Shown: in pieces, positions 24,691 to 36,840 of the stretch
Numbering within the stretch: the first letter of the stretch is position 1
Layout of the letters: every line of letters begins with the position of its first letter
NCBI GenBank assembly: GCA_051294375.1
Contig: CM119269.1
Coordinates: 22,741,808-22,805,807, forward strand
DNA from: Paraspadella gotoi
Taxonomy: Eukaryota > Animalia > Chaetognatha
Direction: 5' to 3'
DNA: 64,000 bases
Made by a program: the position numbers and the translations under genes
Notes under the pieces: model-generated
Seen by the model: the letters and a program-made list of their open reading frames with translations, nothing else
Told to the model about the DNA's origin: nothing
Databases searched by the model: none

Positions 24691-25812
24691 TTAAGGCAAA
24701 CAGTTGACCGGAAGAACCACGTCCTGCTCCATCGACGCCTCCACCGACGCCGTCGTCCGCCCAGAAAGGTTTTCCCTGTAGCAACTCAAACTGCATAGAG
24801 AAACTTTGGTCTTGGAGCAGGAATATCGTTTGGGATTGAGGCGGCACACTTGGCACAGTTGGCGGGGCGGTGGGGAGATGAGAGGAGGGGCTTTGGACTC
24901 TAAAGCATAAGCCGTTCCGGGAGGAAGAGATAAAAAGGCTCCGCGCTCGTTGAGAAGGAAAGAGATCATCGGAACGCGTGGAGTCGAATCGGAGCTCAAA
25001 GCTTTTCCTCCCCGGCTTCCTCCTCCTCTTCCTCTTCCCCTCCCTTTCTTCTTCAACAATCTCGCCACGGTTTGTCTCTTCTCCTCTTCTTTCTTCTTCT
25101 CGCTTCTCTCCTTCCTCCTTCTCGCCATCTCTCTCCTCTTCTCCGCCGCCTCCTCGCTCTCTTCTTCTTCCTCTTCCTCTTCCTTCTTCCTCGCCTCCTC
25201 CCTCTCTCTCTTCTTTCTCTCCGTGGCCTCCAGCCTTGCCGCTTGCCTCGCCGTCATCCTCGTCGGGCGTTTGTCGGTCGGAGCGTCGGCTTCGTCTTCC
25301 TCCGCGTCGGCGCCGGATTTCGTCGAGATTTTCTCGGCGCCGAGATTTTCGGCGTCGTCGTCTTCGAGTTCCGGTTCCGTGGCGGAATCGTCGGATTCGT
25401 GGTCGTGGTAGGGGGATTCGTGGGCGCGTTGAACGGATTTAAAGGCCTGGTGGGCGGATTTGTGGGCCTGGTCCACAGATTTCTGGGCGGGGCCGACGGC
25501 TTTGCGGGGCGAGCCGTCGGATTTGTGGGCGTGGTCATCTTTTTGGACGAGTTCGTCGGCTTTGTGGGCGTGGCCTTCGATCATTTTCTTCTTTTTCTTT
25601 TTCATCTTCTTCTTCTCTTCGATCCTCTTCCTCCTCCTTACAACTTCGTTCTCTCTCTTCCCTCTAGGAATTTCTTCGTAAGGAAATTCCTTATTTGTTT
25701 TCTTTCTTTCTCTTCGAGGTTTGAGGTTGGAGTTCGGCGCCGAGGGGAGGGTTGGGACTGCGGCAGTGGAGGGCACCCGATCGGGCGGCGACGTCGAGGA
25801 ATCTCTTTCCAT
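24691..25812 (-). CDS. INO80B: INO80 complex subunit B (Ies2; PAPA-1 region plus HIT-type zinc finger), single exon
   Basis: 373-aa ORF with MTARQ, RRRKERSEKKKEEEKRQTVARLLKK and CQVC...KRYSCSKTKVSLCSLSCYR. Confidence 0.9.
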   Translation of the reverse strand: MERDSSTSPPDRVPSTAAVPTLPSAPNSNLKPRRERKKTNKEFPYEEIPRGKRENEVVRRRKRIEEKKKMKKKKKKMIEGHAHKADELVQKDDHAHKSDGSPRKAVGPAQKSVDQAHKSAHQAFKSVQRAHESPYHDHESDDSATEPELEDDDAENLGAEKISTKSGADAEEDEADAPTDKRPTRMTARQAARLEATERKKREREEARKKEEEEEEEESEEAAEKRREMARRRKERSEKKKEEEKRQTVARLLKKKGRGRGRGGGSRGGKALSSDSTPRVPMISFLLNERGAFLSLPPGTAYALESKAPPLISPPPRQLCQVCRLNPKRYSCSKTKVSLCSLSCYRENLSGRTTASVEASMEQDVVLPVNCLP

Positions 25813-26198
25813 TTTCGTCGACGAAATAAGTTAAGACGAACTCTACGCTACAACCTATAGTTTACATACTAACACGACTCCGTTATCTCACGAAAACGTA
25901 TCAAAATATGTCATCTCGAATTCGTAAACTCGGGTCAAACTCGAGTCGTGGACAAGCGAACAAATTCCCTTGAAAAATATTAATAAATATACACCGTTAC
26001 ACACACAACCAAAAAAAAAAAGAATTAATATAATTCGGGTGGAGCGCGTGTCAACAATATTTCGCTCTTAATAATTATTTATTTTTTCCGTCGTAAAATC
26101 ACAGAAGTCGAATAAAGCAAAAAAAAAAAGTTGAAGATTCGAATTTCAAAGGGAACCAATCAAAAGTGAACTCGCGATCTAATTGACTAATGGGATCG

Positions 26199-26504
26199 CT
26201 ACATTTGAAGTTCATCGTCTTGACGTCGCAACTTCGCTTGATTCAACGGATTTTCGGGAGATTTCGTCCATTCCTGCAAAATGGCGAGGAAAAAGGGGAA
26301 AAAAGGGAAAAAGGTAAAAAAGGGAAAAAGGGAAAAGGAGGGAAAGTAAAAAGTGTATAAGATTTCTGGAAAGGCCAAAGATTAAAAACTCACTTTCCAT
26401 ACGATTTGCTTCCACTGCGACATTCTCATGTTCTTGTTTTCTTCTTTCACCCTGGAACCAGAAAAAAAAACGAAATTAAAAGAGTTGTAATCTAGCATGG
26501 AGCG

Positions 26505-26550
<46 letters not shown>

Positions 26551-27944
26551 CCTTTCACACCTCGGCAACGTCTTATCCTCGAAGGCCTTGTAGGCCGCCT
26601 GCAGCCTCTTCTCGGGGTGTCGGTCTTCCTTCTTAGCGGCGCCGCCACCCAGGACGTGAATGGCCTCGTCGACGGTTTTGGCCGAATCCTCGAGCACGAG
26701 TCGGTTCAGGTTTTCTTCAAGAGGCGCGTCCAGGTGAGTCGGAGGCGCGTCAGGAGAGGCGGCTTTGCGGGCTGAGAAAAGGGGGGGGAGGTGGTGGAAA
26801 TAGTTTAATCAAGAACAGGATAAACTGGAAAATTATTAATTCATGTTTAGATTAATCGACATTCGTGATATCAAATTTGTAAGAAAAACAATTAGATGGA
26901 TGGAGACGAAAGAAAAATATCTGGAATGCAAAGGAGAATGGCATGATTTAAAGGGTGAACGGCAGGAGAATGGCATGATTTAAAGGGTGAACGGCAGGAG
27001 AACGGCATGAATGGAAAGGCTAAGAGCAAAAATGAAAAGGAGAACGAAAAATAGAATGGCAGAAAAGGAGAATGGCGAAATGAAAAGAGTGTAATTAAAG
27101 AGGGAAATGCCAGGAATTTCAATTAAGAGAGTGGCATGGATGAAAAGAAGAAGGAAAAAAGAAAATGTCATGACTGGCAAGGACAGTGGCATCCCCCCCC
27201 TTCTCAACCTTCGTCGTCGAGTCTCCGCTGCATCTCCGCCCGCGTCAATTTCGCCGTCAGATTCTTGGCGCTCGTGGTGACCGACGCCGCCGACGCCATG
27301 TCTTCGTCGTAGGCCGCCTTCAGCGCCGCCTTGTGGGCCGCCTTTTCCGACGCCGCCGCTTCCTAAAATGGGAGGGGGGAAGAGTGGACGAGGGGAGTGG
27401 GGTGAGTGATTGAGGGATAAGTTGAATGAAAAACCATTTATGTAGGCAGTGACATCAAATTAATAATTAGAGATCTTGAAAGGAGACAGAAGCAGAGATC
27501 GAGACAATTACCGAGAGAGGGATGAAGAGGGAGAGAGATGGACTAAAAGTGTGTGAGAGAGAGAGAATGAGAGAAAGAGAGACACACAGAGAGAGATAGA
27601 TTCAGTGTTGAAATTATCAATGATCAAATGTAGATTCAAAGCTGGCGAGATCTTTCGCCGCAATATTCTATTCAAACGCCATATTGATCAACTTAATAAT
27701 TAATAATAATCACCGCCCATGCTTTTCCTAAAGTCCTTATCCCATCACCCCATTTCCTACTCCCCCACCTTTTCCTCACCCGCTGCTGCGCTCGGTTCTG
27801 TTTCCTCATCACCATCTTATCGTTGTCCTCCCACTTGGCGTCTTCTTCCTCCCTCATCTTCTTCTCTCTCTCCTCCACCTTCTTCTCCTCTTTCCTCGCC
27901 CTCGCCTCGACGGCCTTCGAGTTCTCTCCTCGCTTCTTCGGCAT
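26199..27944 (-). CDS. CCDC124: CCDC124/Lso2 ribosome-associated factor, 5 exons
   Basis: Exons 27944-27780, 27362-27209, 26771-26561, 26451-26394, 26273-26199. Sequences MPKK..ENSKAVEARARK, DRHPEKRLQAAYKAFE, EWTKSPENPLNQ. Confidence 0.95.
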
Positions 27945-28553
27945 TTTGTCAGAGATTTATTTATTTATTTAGTTAAAAGCGTAATTTGCATTGAGAGATC
28001 GATCGTCGAATGCCGAAGGAAAACGATCCCCAGTTGAATGAGGATCGATTTGAAGTTCGCGAGGGATTAAAATATTAAATTATTAATAGTGTATCGCACA
28101 ATCTGATCGTTCTCGTCACATTAACTAACAAAGAAATTCAACAAATCGAATTGAAGATTTAAATAATTTTTTTTTTAAATGGGCGATGTTTTTTTTTGGG
28201 GGGGGGAATTTGAATAGCAGAAAATAAATAATAATAACAGAAGATGCAAGCAGTAATTTCGGTTTCATCCATGATATTCTGCCAGAAGTTTCTTCAAGAA
28301 CGTAGAGGTTGCAAACATTGCAAAAGTGCAGAAGACGGGACAAAACGAGAGAATACGTTGTATCCACCGAACTGCGTCGATCCTCTCGACTATTTCGAAA
28401 CAACAATCGATCCTCGCCGATAACAAGCGTCGGGACAAATCGAGAAAAAACGGAATTGAATCCAACGAACACAAAAGTTTTGACGATCGTCGTAGTCGAC
28501 GCGAGTCATCATCCCCTTAGTAAAGTCAATCTCCGTCTCTCTCTCTCTCTCTC

Positions 28554-28853
28554 TCACTCTCTCTCGTCTATCCAATCTGCAGCTTCGCTCTCATGATCTC
28601 CGCTCTTTCCTCCACCGGCGGAATCGCCTGGCGTCACGCCACCCGCCCGCCGTTCGAGAATGACGTCACGCCAAAATCTTTGACATCGACGAAAATTAAG
28701 AAATTGACGTTGACAAAGATCGCCGTCGTATCCAGAGTCGTCCATGCATTTCAAGCTGAGGAGTCGCTCGCGATAACAAGGGTCCGTTTCGCTCTGATCC
28801 TTCTTGAAGGCGTTGGAGCTGGTCGTCGTCGTGCCCGTCGTCGTCGTGCCCAT
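28554..28853 (-). CDS. CHCHD7: Twin CX9C protein CHCHD7/COX23, single exon
   Basis: DPCYRERLLSLKC...CQRQFLNFRRCQRFW...RRAGGVTP. The family-like tail AIPPVEERAEIMRAK lies in the +1 frame, with stop at 28568-28570. Confidence 0.85.
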   Translation of the reverse strand: MGTTTTGTTTTSSNAFKKDQSETDPCYRERLLSLKCMDDSGYDGDLCQRQFLNFRRCQRFWRDVILERRAGGVTPGDSAGGGKSGDHESEAADWIDERE

Positions 28854-29038
28854 CGTCGTCGACGCTAACTGGTCGCCGAGATGCGTTCGAGTTTCGACAG
28901 TTGACTGACTAATGAATGACTATCAAGGAACGTCCGCCGTTTTCGAAGAGACCAACGAAGATTTAACAAACATTTTCTTTTTAAGAAAACATCAACATTG
29001 AAAAACGTAACAATATTTAAAATAAATAAAAGTCGGCA

Positions 29039-32000
29039 CTAAGAATATTGTCCATTTTGAGTTTCCAGAAGAGGAATGTAGATTGTGCTCGCGGGAATCT
29101 GAAGGATGGAGAATTATAGTATTATTTTTAATTAATTTAATAAATTCCGTCACCACCACGAACTTACTTGAAGTCCATCGCCCATCAAAGCCGCGTGCGA
29201 CGCCATCTCCGTCGTCGGTGACGCCCCCACGTCTCCGAGAGTCACGAGGCTCAGCTCTCCCACGCCCACCTTGGTTGTTTGTTAAGAGGCTCTTATTGTG
29301 AAGAAGTACAAAAGGCAAAGGGTCTTTGTCAAAAAGAACCGGCTGAAGCCCGAGGTCAAACTTCGACAAATGTTTTCAAGCTAATAAAATATTGTTTCTC
29401 TCTATAATATTTTTTTCACAAAATTATCACAGGAAGCGCAAGAACCCCTAAACATCATGAGCATTTTTTTTTTTCAAAGAAACTGGGGCCCTTTGAAAAA
29501 TGAGAAATCCTAACTCCATGCGACCAAACTCTTCCTTCAAGAAACAAACACCACACCTTGGAATCTTCTGCGATGGCGATGCCCCCCGACGGGAGATGGT
29601 AGAGAGTGGCGCCAGAGGGAAGAATCACCGTCGCCGCCGCGTGACCTTTTGGAAGAGGGACGGTGAGGGATTTGGCGTCCTCGGCCGCTCCGCCGAATTT
29701 GAGGATCTGGGCGTGGGGATAGGAGGAAGCCTGTAGAAAAGAGGGGAATGAGATTAAAGATAATGATAATGACACAGACTTTCGCTATCTTGCAATAAAT
29801 ACCTACCGTTTGTCAAACAATAGCAATATTTCACTATTGCATATATTAGAGTGGGCTATTGTAAAATCAAAAAAAATATGCCTAATAATAAAACAGAACG
29901 TAAATCGATGGGACTTGAAATAATTTACTACTATATGCAATGAGAATTATTAAGAATCTATCTTTCACACATAATGCATACCTCTATGGATATTATCCTT
30001 TGACAATGTTTGGACGGTTGGGGCAACGAGACCAATTCGTTCTGCTTGGGTTCCTCCGTCACGGATTTTCCGCAAATCGCTTCGTGTCGAGTCAAAAAGA
30101 TGCGTCGCATGAACATCTTGGAGCATCTTTCGCACTGACGGATAAATGTTGAACATGAATGAAGCACTCGAGCAATCTTCTACATTATTATCTAGTAAGG
30201 GGGATGGGGGCCTTAACGCACCATGAGCATTGAGCATTGCCAAAGTCAGGAGACAAGACAGCTTATTTAATGAATGAATTGAAGAGACAGTTATTATTGT
30301 TATGTGTTAGTGACAGAACCGTTCAATATAAGCAGTCCTGAGCTTCGGATCACTGTAACACCATGTTACAGGCGGGTTAAGCGCCCAGTCCCTCTTAACT
30401 GCTAGGCGACCACCGGGCTAGAACCCCGGACCTTTGGGTTGGGAGGCGAATGACTTGTTAGATCCAAAGACTCGCGAATCGTGATATCTGAGTTCGAACT
30501 TTACTTCGTCACAAGGATTTATCGTTTGGATCATTTCGTCATTCGTGCTTTAGTTTATTCATTGGTTTTTGAGTTTATACTAATTTTTGTAATTCTTTTG
30601 TGTTTAAATAATAATTCTTTATTGTACTGTTTGAATATCTATATGCTTTGATTATTTTATTAAGGTACCCTTTTTAAACTCTTCATAAACTCAGAGAAAT
30701 AAAGAGACTATTTGATCGTCGATCTGCTCAACCACCAAATCATGCCTTTAGAGAATCTCTGGACTACCGAAGCATCTCGCCGGGGTTGAGGAGTTTCCTC
30801 AAATATTCTTCGAATATTCTCGGGGCGTTAGGAGGAGGACGGACCGGCGGGTCCTAACAGACTTGCCTCCGGCACCAATGGCCGCTGATGAACGGATGGA
30901 TGGTGGATATTAGTCAACCATAGAATCTTTAATTTTTGTATTGGTTGAGTCTTTGTTCCCTTTTCCTTCATAACATAACATAACATAACATAACATTAAC
31001 AGACCGGGTCCAAACTCACGAGACAAAAAAAGCGAGGCGGATAATTTTCTGTATTAGTAGAACCAATTTTATCACCAGAATATTAAATCATATTATTTAA
31101 TTAATCTAACCAATTAAATATAGAATGAGACTGACTTTAAAAGGCTTGAGTCCGCTGTGCACCACCGAATGCCTCTTGAGATCATTCTTCCTCGCGAAAG
31201 CTTTATCACAAAGATGACACAAAAACGGCAAAGTATCTTCGTGAGATAAAAGGTGTTGATCGAGCGAAGACTTTTTCGTGTATCTTTTGGGACAGAGACG
31301 ACAAGCGAACGGTCGGTCGTCCGTGTGGATTCGCTTGTGAGTCACGAGGTCTCCTCTTTGAGCGAAGGTTTGAGGACAAAGCGGACAGGCGAATCGTTTG
31401 GTGGATTTGTGACATCGCATGTGGATGCAGAGGTTGCTGGAAGAGCGGAAGGACTGGGAGAAAAGAAAAGGGGAGGGAATTGATTTTGAATGAGGCCAGT
31501 AGCAAGCCTAATGCCGGATCGGAACTTCCTAAATCAGGGCATGGCACTAAGTATGGGTGCTATCCACTGTTCAGGATCCAGTTTCCACACTGACGGAGGA
31601 TCAAGGTGACTTCAGATGCATAAAAATGACAGGTAAGTTTCTTGACACAAAAAGACAAACCTTAGAGCAAATTTCGCAGAGGTAAGGTCTTTCTCCGGTG
31701 TGAGAGCGAATGTGATTGTCCAAGTGAATTCGTTGCACAAATGACTGAAAAAAACATGATGAAATGTTTGAATTTTTAAATATTACTAAAGTAATTATTA
31801 CTTTAATATTGAAATCAAAATTACGACAATATATATTTAACTCTTTATTAGTTAATGTAATACGTAATATTTTGGTTTCGAGTGACTCTTGAAATACTTG
31901 CAGACATTTCTCGCACTTTAAATGATTGCCAGTGAAGCGTCCTATACTATCCCATCAAGTTAATTCCCAATTTGTTTTTACCTTTGGACATTTCTCGCAC

Positions 32001-33347
32001 TTGAAATCCTTTTCCCCGCAATGAATCTTCATGTGAGGCCTCAACGCGTATCGATCTTTAAACGATTTCCGACACACGTGACATTCGTACATCTTGACTC
32101 CCGCGTGGACGGTTTCCGCGTGGCGTTTGAGCCTCTTCTTGCTGATGAAGGATTTGCCGCAAATGTCGCAACGAAAGGGTTTCTCGCCCACGTGACCGCG
32201 TCGATGTTCGATCAACGAGGCCCTCGAGGCGAAGCTCCGATCGCAAGTCTCGTGGATGCATCGAAAGGGCCTGTCGCCGGTGTGGCCTCGTTCGTGGACG
32301 ACCAAGTTGCTCTTCTCCGCGAAGGTCTTCTCGCAGAAGCGACACTTGTGCGGCTTCTCTTGCGGCGAGAGGTGACGCTTGGCGTGGCGGACGAGGGCCT
32401 TGCGGTTGACGAAGTCTTTCTGACAAATGTCGCAGGCTAAGGAATTTCGACGAGCAAATGGGAGGAAGTCTGCGTCGGGTGGACCTCGAAGAATGTCCGC
32501 CGTGGCTTCGGGATGTTGGAGCGGGGTCTCCGCTTTACATTCGGAGGCTTCTTCCGTCTCTCGCCCCGACTTCTCTTCAGCGGACTTGGTCTTGTCAGAA
32601 TGCGGAATGCCCAGTAGGTCTAACAGATCCGGCGCCGTCTGCAAGAGCTTGGTTCCGACACGAAAAGGCTCCAGATCGATCGCTGCTGCTGCCGCCGCCG
32701 TTCCCGCTGCTGCTGCCGACGAATCTGCGGCGGGCGACGGTTCGAAAGATCTTTCGTAAACTTCCATCGAGACGCCGGTCGAATCCTTCCTTGAAAAAAA
32801 GAAAATTCTAAAAATAGAATTTCTGAATTTTAAATAAATAAACGATTGGATATTTGACAAATAATAAGTAATTTGACCCAAGTTAAATTCACAAGAAAGA
32901 TAAGCTTGAAAGCTTGTAGGGTCCTGCTATCCTTTTATCTTTAAAACTAGATTCATTTTTTGTAGAAATGAGAATCAATTCTTGTATAATTCATGAAATT
33001 ATTTTTACGTCAATAAACTAATGAATCTCAATGTATGCCCAATGGCATTGCCCATTCCCCAGTGACACATAATTTTCCCAACAACGCCTTCAGCATTCAA
33101 AGCATTCATACCCGACATGGAGCATTTTAAGAATGACTATCTTCTCCAAGATCATTCTCCACGAAGTCAAATCAAATCGAGAATGAACGAAGGCGACTCC
33201 GTTAGAGAAAAGAGAAGAAGATGCTTCGATCTCTAAAGGGGATTCTTGCTTCAAGATGTCGCCGACTTCGGGAAGACGGGATAGAGTGAGTGGGTGCATG
33301 GACCAGCCGAGTGGAAGAACCTCCGACAAATCGTGGAGGAGATTCAT
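29039..33347 (-). CDS. C2H2 zinc-finger transcription factor (~11 fingers), 8 exons
   Basis: Exons 33347-33112, 32789-31982, 31744-31661, 31453-31136, 30134-29982, 29730-29557, 29269-29168, 29098-29039, phases consistent. Tandem CxxC..H..H fingers with TGEKP-like linkers; the last finger is C2HC. Confidence 0.88.
30360..30885 (-). mobile_element. tRNA-SINE-like element interrupted by a solo LTR
   Basis: Removing the LTR gives GGCCATTGGTGCCGGAGG (A box)...GGGTTCTAGCCC (B box) on the minus strand. Confidence 0.55.
30456..30859. mobile_element. Solo LTR (404 bp), probably Ty3/gypsy
   Basis: TGTTAG...CTAACA inverted ends, 4-bp duplication GACT on both sides, internal AATAAA. Confidence 0.75.
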
Positions 33348-34041
33348 GGCGGGAGAAGAGGACGGACTTTACAGACCAGTTTGAGTCGGTCAGTCGGAGG
33401 TGACCAGTCGGTCAGTCGGAGGTGACCATAAAGAGTCACAAAATTTCATCGAGGGGGCATTGTTAACCTAATGCTTCTATTGAAATTAAGAAAATTGAAA
33501 ATTGCATTTAGAATTCAAAATAATTGCCCTTCAGCATTGGATACTACTAGAGACAAATATAATACTGTATTACTAAAAAAAGTTGGGGTTTAAACCTCGT
33601 TAAAAAGACGGTATCCCAAGAAAAACTGACGTCACAAATTGACACACATGATAATTAAGTAAAAAGAATATAAGAATTAAAACGAACATTTTAACAAACT
33701 CGTATGATTAATTTAATCTAAAAAAAAGAAATCCATGCAGAATTACTTTTTTTCAGATCAACAATGCTATAATATAATTAGCTACAATAAATTGTAATCA
33801 TCAAAAAATTGCGCTTACGTCAAGGATATGGCCAATTTATTAACCTAAGGCTATAGAAGAGAGTTAAAATAGTATAACTAGTATTAACTACTTCCCCATT
33901 GTTAATTCGTAAAAAGTTATCCGTTTCGCACAACCCAAGTGTGAATATTATCACAGCCAACATCGTCACAGTTCCGACGCAGTTCGTCTCTGGTATCACG
34001 GCCAAGAGAGTCGTCCTCAGTTTCACCAAGAGATGGCGTGA

Positions 34042-34720
34042 TTATTTCTTGGAGGAAGGCGGATGCTTGTACATGTTGTAGAGAGCCGTGAACATGACTC
34101 CGCCAACGACCATTCCTTGCGCGATGACGCGCAGTTGCAAAAGGTAGACGGACACTGGGGATTAAATGTAAAGGCCGAGATTAATATCGTTTTGTGATGT
34201 TAGAAATATACTAGAATCATTCCCTTGAGGGAAGAGAGGGGCTTATTAAATTAAATTATTAAATTAAATTAAAATATTACCTTATTGATAAGTAGTTAAT
34301 AAAATTGAAATTAACAGCTTGGATCTTTATTCAAAGATTGTTATGTTATTATCTTGTAATATAGCTAGTGCATCTCAATTGCTACAATATGCAAATGAAA
34401 ATTGAAGAATTCTGTTATTTTTACAGGAAGAAGGTCTACCAAAGTTAGAATTCAGGATAGCTTGCACTATTTCAGATAATTTAAAATAATTTAAAAAGTA
34501 ATCTATCAATTTATAAACCATAACTTTAAAATATTCTTAACGGTTGTCATCGAATCTCACGTTTGACGCCCGGACTCTTCTTGTATTTCCATGCGGCGAC
34601 CCCGATCGTGCCGAGCGCGAGACAGACGCCGGCCGGCACCGCAGGGTTCTCTCTCACTCGGCGGGACAATTTTTGGTTGACGGATTCCCCGTGGTATTCG
34701 GGGTCCAACTCCTTCGTCAT
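34042..34720 (-). CDS. HIGD1A: HIG1 domain family protein, 2 exons (missed by the ORF track)
   Basis: Exons 34720-34561 and 34154-34042 give MTKELDPEYHGESVNQKLSRRVRENPAVPAGVCLALGTIGVAAWKYKKSPGVKLSVYLLQLRVIAQGMVVGGVMFTALYNMYKHPPSSKK, with the QLRVxAQG motif. Confidence 0.9.
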
Positions 34721-35038
34721 TTTCGATATTAATAAGTGAGTTGCTGCGAACAGTTTCGAATAAGTTAGTTGCTGCGAACAGTTTCGAATGCTGCCAAAAA
34801 AGACCCATCGGTATTTAAATAACGGTCAAGATGAAAAATTATATATTTTAGAACATGAGCACAAAAAAAAAGATCAACAAAGGACCCGGTATTGAAATTA
34901 CCGTAGTTAAATGTCGCTTATTTTCTTATCTCTTTTTATCTTACTTTAGCTAGCGAGAGACCTGTTGAGACGAGAGTGTTAACGTAGCTGGCTTCCATTC
35001 TGCTGTAACCTATCTAACACATAGCAAAGGGTCAAGAC

Positions 35039-35134
<96 letters not shown>

Positions 35135-36655
35135 AGAATAAAAACTGACAAAGTTTTCCCTTTGAAATTAGTTCGCTGCAACGCCAACCCAGAATATTGT
35201 CAACTTCCATTTGATGAACGTCAAGTTTCCATTATGATGCTGGAAAATTTCAAAAGTATTTTTAAGATTCTTGCAATCCATAAAACCGAAAGAAATGCAG
35301 ATTTAAAATAAAAGACCAAATTTGAAACAAATACATTTACTTTTTTTTCTTAAAACTTTCATAAAAAACTAGATTCATTTCAAAATATTTTATTCCCGAG
35401 CATCTTAATGTAATAAAATAAACGATACTCACAAACCATAATATCAAATTTTCACTATATTTAATTAATAACAGGTATTCTTTATCGTCAATATGCCAGA
35501 GAAAGAAAAGACCTTGCCGCAAATTTATAAATAATTTTTTTTTTAACGAAATTAAATATTTTATCGATATCAACAGAAAGACATCCACGTTGAAGATGAG
35601 AACTGTTAATCAATATAAAGTGTTTCGATCCGAGAAAAATAAATGATTTTTGTTTAAATGTAAAAATCGTACAGAAATATAACTATTAACTATGTTTAAT
35701 TAAACGGGCAGCGGATTCGATGCAAAAAAATAAAGGGAGATTGAAAAAAAAACGCGTGAATTGTGAGTGACGAAATTGAGTTCAATAGTGAACCGCGATT
35801 TCGATGAAGACTGACCATGAGAAAAAAAAAAGAATGAATTAATCCAGTGGCTTAATTGATTAGACTATTTCAGAAAATAAAAATAAAACATTGCGAGGAA
35901 GATGATCAACCATAATTGACTTGACAATCGGGTGTCTGCCCCTTTTTTTTCTCAAAAAAAAATTTAAACTGAAATACTTGTACGCAATTATTTTTTACTT
36001 AATAAAAATAAATTTAAAAAACGTCGTCGATTGTTTAAAACATTCGATACATGAAACGAAAAAAAAAATGTCGGGTGATAGTTTTAACCACGATGTTTGC
36101 TAATTGCTTTACACGTATGTTAAAATATATAATATAGGGCATTCCGTTGCGATCAAAATTTCTTACGACGATTTCGAACTGACCAAGAGGGAAAAATATT
36201 CTTTACAGATTGCGCCATCTCTCGGCGCCATCTCTGCGCATTATCTTTTGGCGCCATCAAGAAAAAGCGATAATCGTTAATTATTAAAAAATACACGAAT
36301 CTTCGGTCATTAATTCTTGATTAATATATATATATATGTAACAGAAATGCGAGTACAACTGAGGAAGGCGACAAAAAAGAAAAGAAAATACTATCTACAA
36401 CAATGTAAATTGTAAATTTAAATGCTACCAAGTGAAACGACAAAGTCTTTTATCACGTGGGTCGTTAAATTTGAGACTAGCGATATTACATCCGGAGAGG
36501 GGGAAGAGGAAATGGGGGTGTGGCGGGAAAGGGGGGAATAGTTGTGGGTAGGGACCGGGGGAACTTGGGGGAGGTGGGGTGGGGGTGGGGGCGGAGAGAT
36601 GCCCGGCATCTCACATTGTATCCTACGAGTCCAAACCGAGTGGAGGGAGGGAGAG

Positions 36656-36716
<61 letters not shown>

Positions 36717-36840
36717 CCAGCATATTATAAACGTCCAAAGGCGTATAATGTTTTTTGTTTTGTTTTTTCGGTAGTTTATAAATCGAAAAAAGGAAGTTCT
36801 CTCCCACATCCACGACTGTGGTCGTCCTCCTCGTCTTTTC

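Noticed and set aside
28125-28520. Possible small gene between CCDC124 and CHCHD7
   Set aside because: Short ORFs in several frames with no recognisable homology; compatible with UTR or promoter sequence.
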